DNA of 64,000 bases from an uncultured Bacillaceae bacterium (GTDB lineage Bacteria; Bacillota; Bacilli; Bacillales; Cytobacillaceae): assembly GCA_963787345.1 (NCBI GenBank), contig CAWBCW010000036.1:36608-100607 (forward strand), read 5' to 3'. Made by a program: the position numbers and the translations under genes. Below, piece after piece: positions 62,229-64,000 of this stretch (positions within the stretch are counted from its first letter, which is position 1; every line of letters starts with the position of its first letter). The notes under the pieces were generated by a model, which was given only the letters and a program-made list of their open reading frames with translations, did not search any database and had not been told where the DNA came from.

Positions 62229-62972
62229 ATGGGATTCCCTACATTAATGTACCATGAAATCAGAAAGAAGTCTGAGTTTAACCCAGAATCCCCATCACGC
62301 ATTAATGTAAAGCAAGATTATGTTGACGTTCTTCCCCCACCGTTGTTTGTCACATTGGAACAATTTGAGGAACAAATGGAATATTTACATAATGAAGACT
62401 ATCATACATTAACGCTGGATGAGGCAAAGGATTTCTATTACACAGGAAAAAGCATTCCTGATAAATCCATTTTATTAACATTTGATGACTGCTATCAGTC
62501 GATGGAAAAATACGCTTATCCCATTCTAAAAAAGTACGGATTCCATGCCATAGCATTTGTCGTTACAAGCTGGCTGCACGATGAAAAGAAAGAGTTCAAC
62601 CCTAATCAATCCGTTTGTTTAACGAAAGAGGATCTAGTCGAAATGGCTGATGTATTTGAATATGCAAATCATACTAATTCTTTTCATCAGCGTACAGATG
62701 AAAAAACAAGCATGATGATGTCGACAACAGATGAACAGTTTGCTAAAGACTTGGATAAGTGCAATGAATACGTTTCCGTTAAAGATGTTTTTGCCTATCC
62801 ATTTGGGTTATTTAATGATAGAAATGTCAATCTCTTAAAGAGAGCAGGATTCAAGTTGGCTTTCACGACCGAAACTGGAAAAAATACAAAAGAAACAGAT
62901 CCACTTCGGTTAAAAAGAGATGCTATTCCCTATTTTATCGAATTACCTGCCTTCAAAAAAATCTTAGAATAA
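62229..62972 (+). CDS. NodB-type polysaccharide deacetylase without signal peptide
   Basis: LMYHEI, LTFDD, NHT..FH and FAYPFG. Confidence 0.88.
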   Translation: MGFPTLMYHEIRKKSEFNPESPSRINVKQDYVDVLPPPLFVTLEQFEEQMEYLHNEDYHTLTLDEAKDFYYTGKSIPDKSILLTFDDCYQSMEKYAYPILKKYGFHAIAFVVTSWLHDEKKEFNPNQSVCLTKEDLVEMADVFEYANHTNSFHQRTDEKTSMMMSTTDEQFAKDLDKCNEYVSVKDVFAYPFGLFNDRNVNLLKRAGFKLAFTTETGKNTKETDPLRLKRDAIPYFIELPAFKKILE

Positions 62973-62985
62973 CAAGGAGTTCAAC

Positions 62986-63972
62986 ATGAGAAAAAGACTA
63001 GTCACTTTTATGATGCTTCTAGCCGTGATGTTGCTGGCAGCATGCGGGAATGGAAACACAACCGAAAATACGAATGAAACAACTGACAAAGACAAGCAAC
63101 CGGCAAATACGGAGACGGAACCTTCAGGCGAAGAATTTTCAATTGGGATTCTTGCTGCTGAATCCGGAATACCGATTATCCTTGCCAAAGAAAAGGGATT
63201 TTTCGAAGAAGAAGGGGTCAACGTATCAATCAAACCATTTTCAAATCCGATGGATCGAAACGTTGCTGTCCAAGCGGGTCAATTAGACGCTACCATTGCA
63301 GATGTCATGACAGAAGCTTCCTTTAGAGAAAATGGCATAAATATGAAAATTACATCTGATATTAGTGAAGATTTCAAAATTCTTTCTTCCCCTAATTCTG
63401 GGATTACAGAAATGAAGCAGTTGGATGGTAAAAACGTGTCACTTGTACCTAATTTCATTTTAGAATACATTATGGATGAGTTTGCTAAAAAAGGTGACTT
63501 TTCATATAAAATTGTTGAAATTGCCTCTTTCTCCGATCGGTTTGAGCAATTATTACAAGACCGCATTGATGGGGTTGTTTTCACAGAGCCACAAGCTGGG
63601 CTTTTAGTCGAAAAAGGAGCACATCTTTTAGGCAGTTCAAAAGAAGCTGGAATTAAAGGCGGTACAATCCTATTTACAGATGAAATGATCGAGTCAAAAC
63701 CAGAAGACATTAAAGCTTTTTACCGTGCTTATAATAAAGCAGTTGATTACATGAATGAAACGGATGCTGATGAATATAGCGATATTTTGGCGGATTACCA
63801 ATTCCCTGAAGCGATGAGTACGTATTTAACAAACTTGCCATATGACATTGAACATGCGGGTAAAATTGACCAAGAACAATTTAACAGCATTATTACTTGG
63901 ACAAAAGAGAAAGACCTAATTAAAAAGGATTATACATATGAGGACTTAACGGATTTCTCTTTTATTGAATAA
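62986..63972 (+). CDS. SsuA/THI5(NMT1)-like ABC binding lipoprotein
   Basis: Lipobox LAAC, AKEKGFFEEEG, GQLDA and EP motif. Confidence 0.85.
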   Translation: MRKRLVTFMMLLAVMLLAACGNGNTTENTNETTDKDKQPANTETEPSGEEFSIGILAAESGIPIILAKEKGFFEEEGVNVSIKPFSNPMDRNVAVQAGQLDATIADVMTEASFRENGINMKITSDISEDFKILSSPNSGITEMKQLDGKNVSLVPNFILEYIMDEFAKKGDFSYKIVEIASFSDRFEQLLQDRIDGVVFTEPQAGLLVEKGAHLLGSSKEAGIKGGTILFTDEMIESKPEDIKAFYRAYNKAVDYMNETDADEYSDILADYQFPEAMSTYLTNLPYDIEHAGKIDQEQFNSIITWTKEKDLIKKDYTYEDLTDFSFIE

Positions 63973-64000
63973 GGTAACTTAGAATGAGGCTGTTTTCATA

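Noticed and set aside
63985-64000. Start of a further ABC gene at the window edge
   Set aside because: Too little sequence to support a call

Overview
Low-GC Bacillaceae chromosomal window, mostly metabolic and housekeeping genes. I saw no rRNA, tRNA, CRISPR array, prophage or transposase. From the start: murF (partial) and ddl; a histidine phosphatase; a cobalamin-riboswitch-led corrinoid salvage operon (btuF-btuC-btuD/cbiZ-cbiB-cobD-cobU-cobQ-cobS-cobC-short cobU-pduO-cblT-cblS); mgtE, rodA, dps; potABCD; two paralogous small membrane proteins; qoxABCD; an ABC1/UbiB kinase; SulP plus ArsR; AIM24; a SwrC-like RND pump; mpg; a LacI/KdgK/TRAP cluster; ilvD; an SGNH plus ABC operon; dedA-uppP; a two-gene 2-oxoacid:ferredoxin oxidoreductase; a DUF1858 plus DUF438/hemerythrin/PAS pair; PdxR plus an orphan pdxS; a stand-alone CodY paralog; a YisP-like gene; a deacetylase plus an ABC binding protein. 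Most striking: (1) the CodY paralog keeps an intact DNA-binding helix but its BCAA/GTP-sensing residues are substituted; (2) the oxidoreductase has a gamma-delta plus alpha-beta fused architecture and lies beside a Fur/Fnr-boxed hemerythrin-PAS locus; (3) a structured ~190 bp repeat occurs four times, always in the sense orientation just upstream of a gene start; (4) CobQ has cleanly lost its glutaminase domain and pdxS has no pdxT. Family assignments come from motif recognition and recalled reference sequences; no database search was run.
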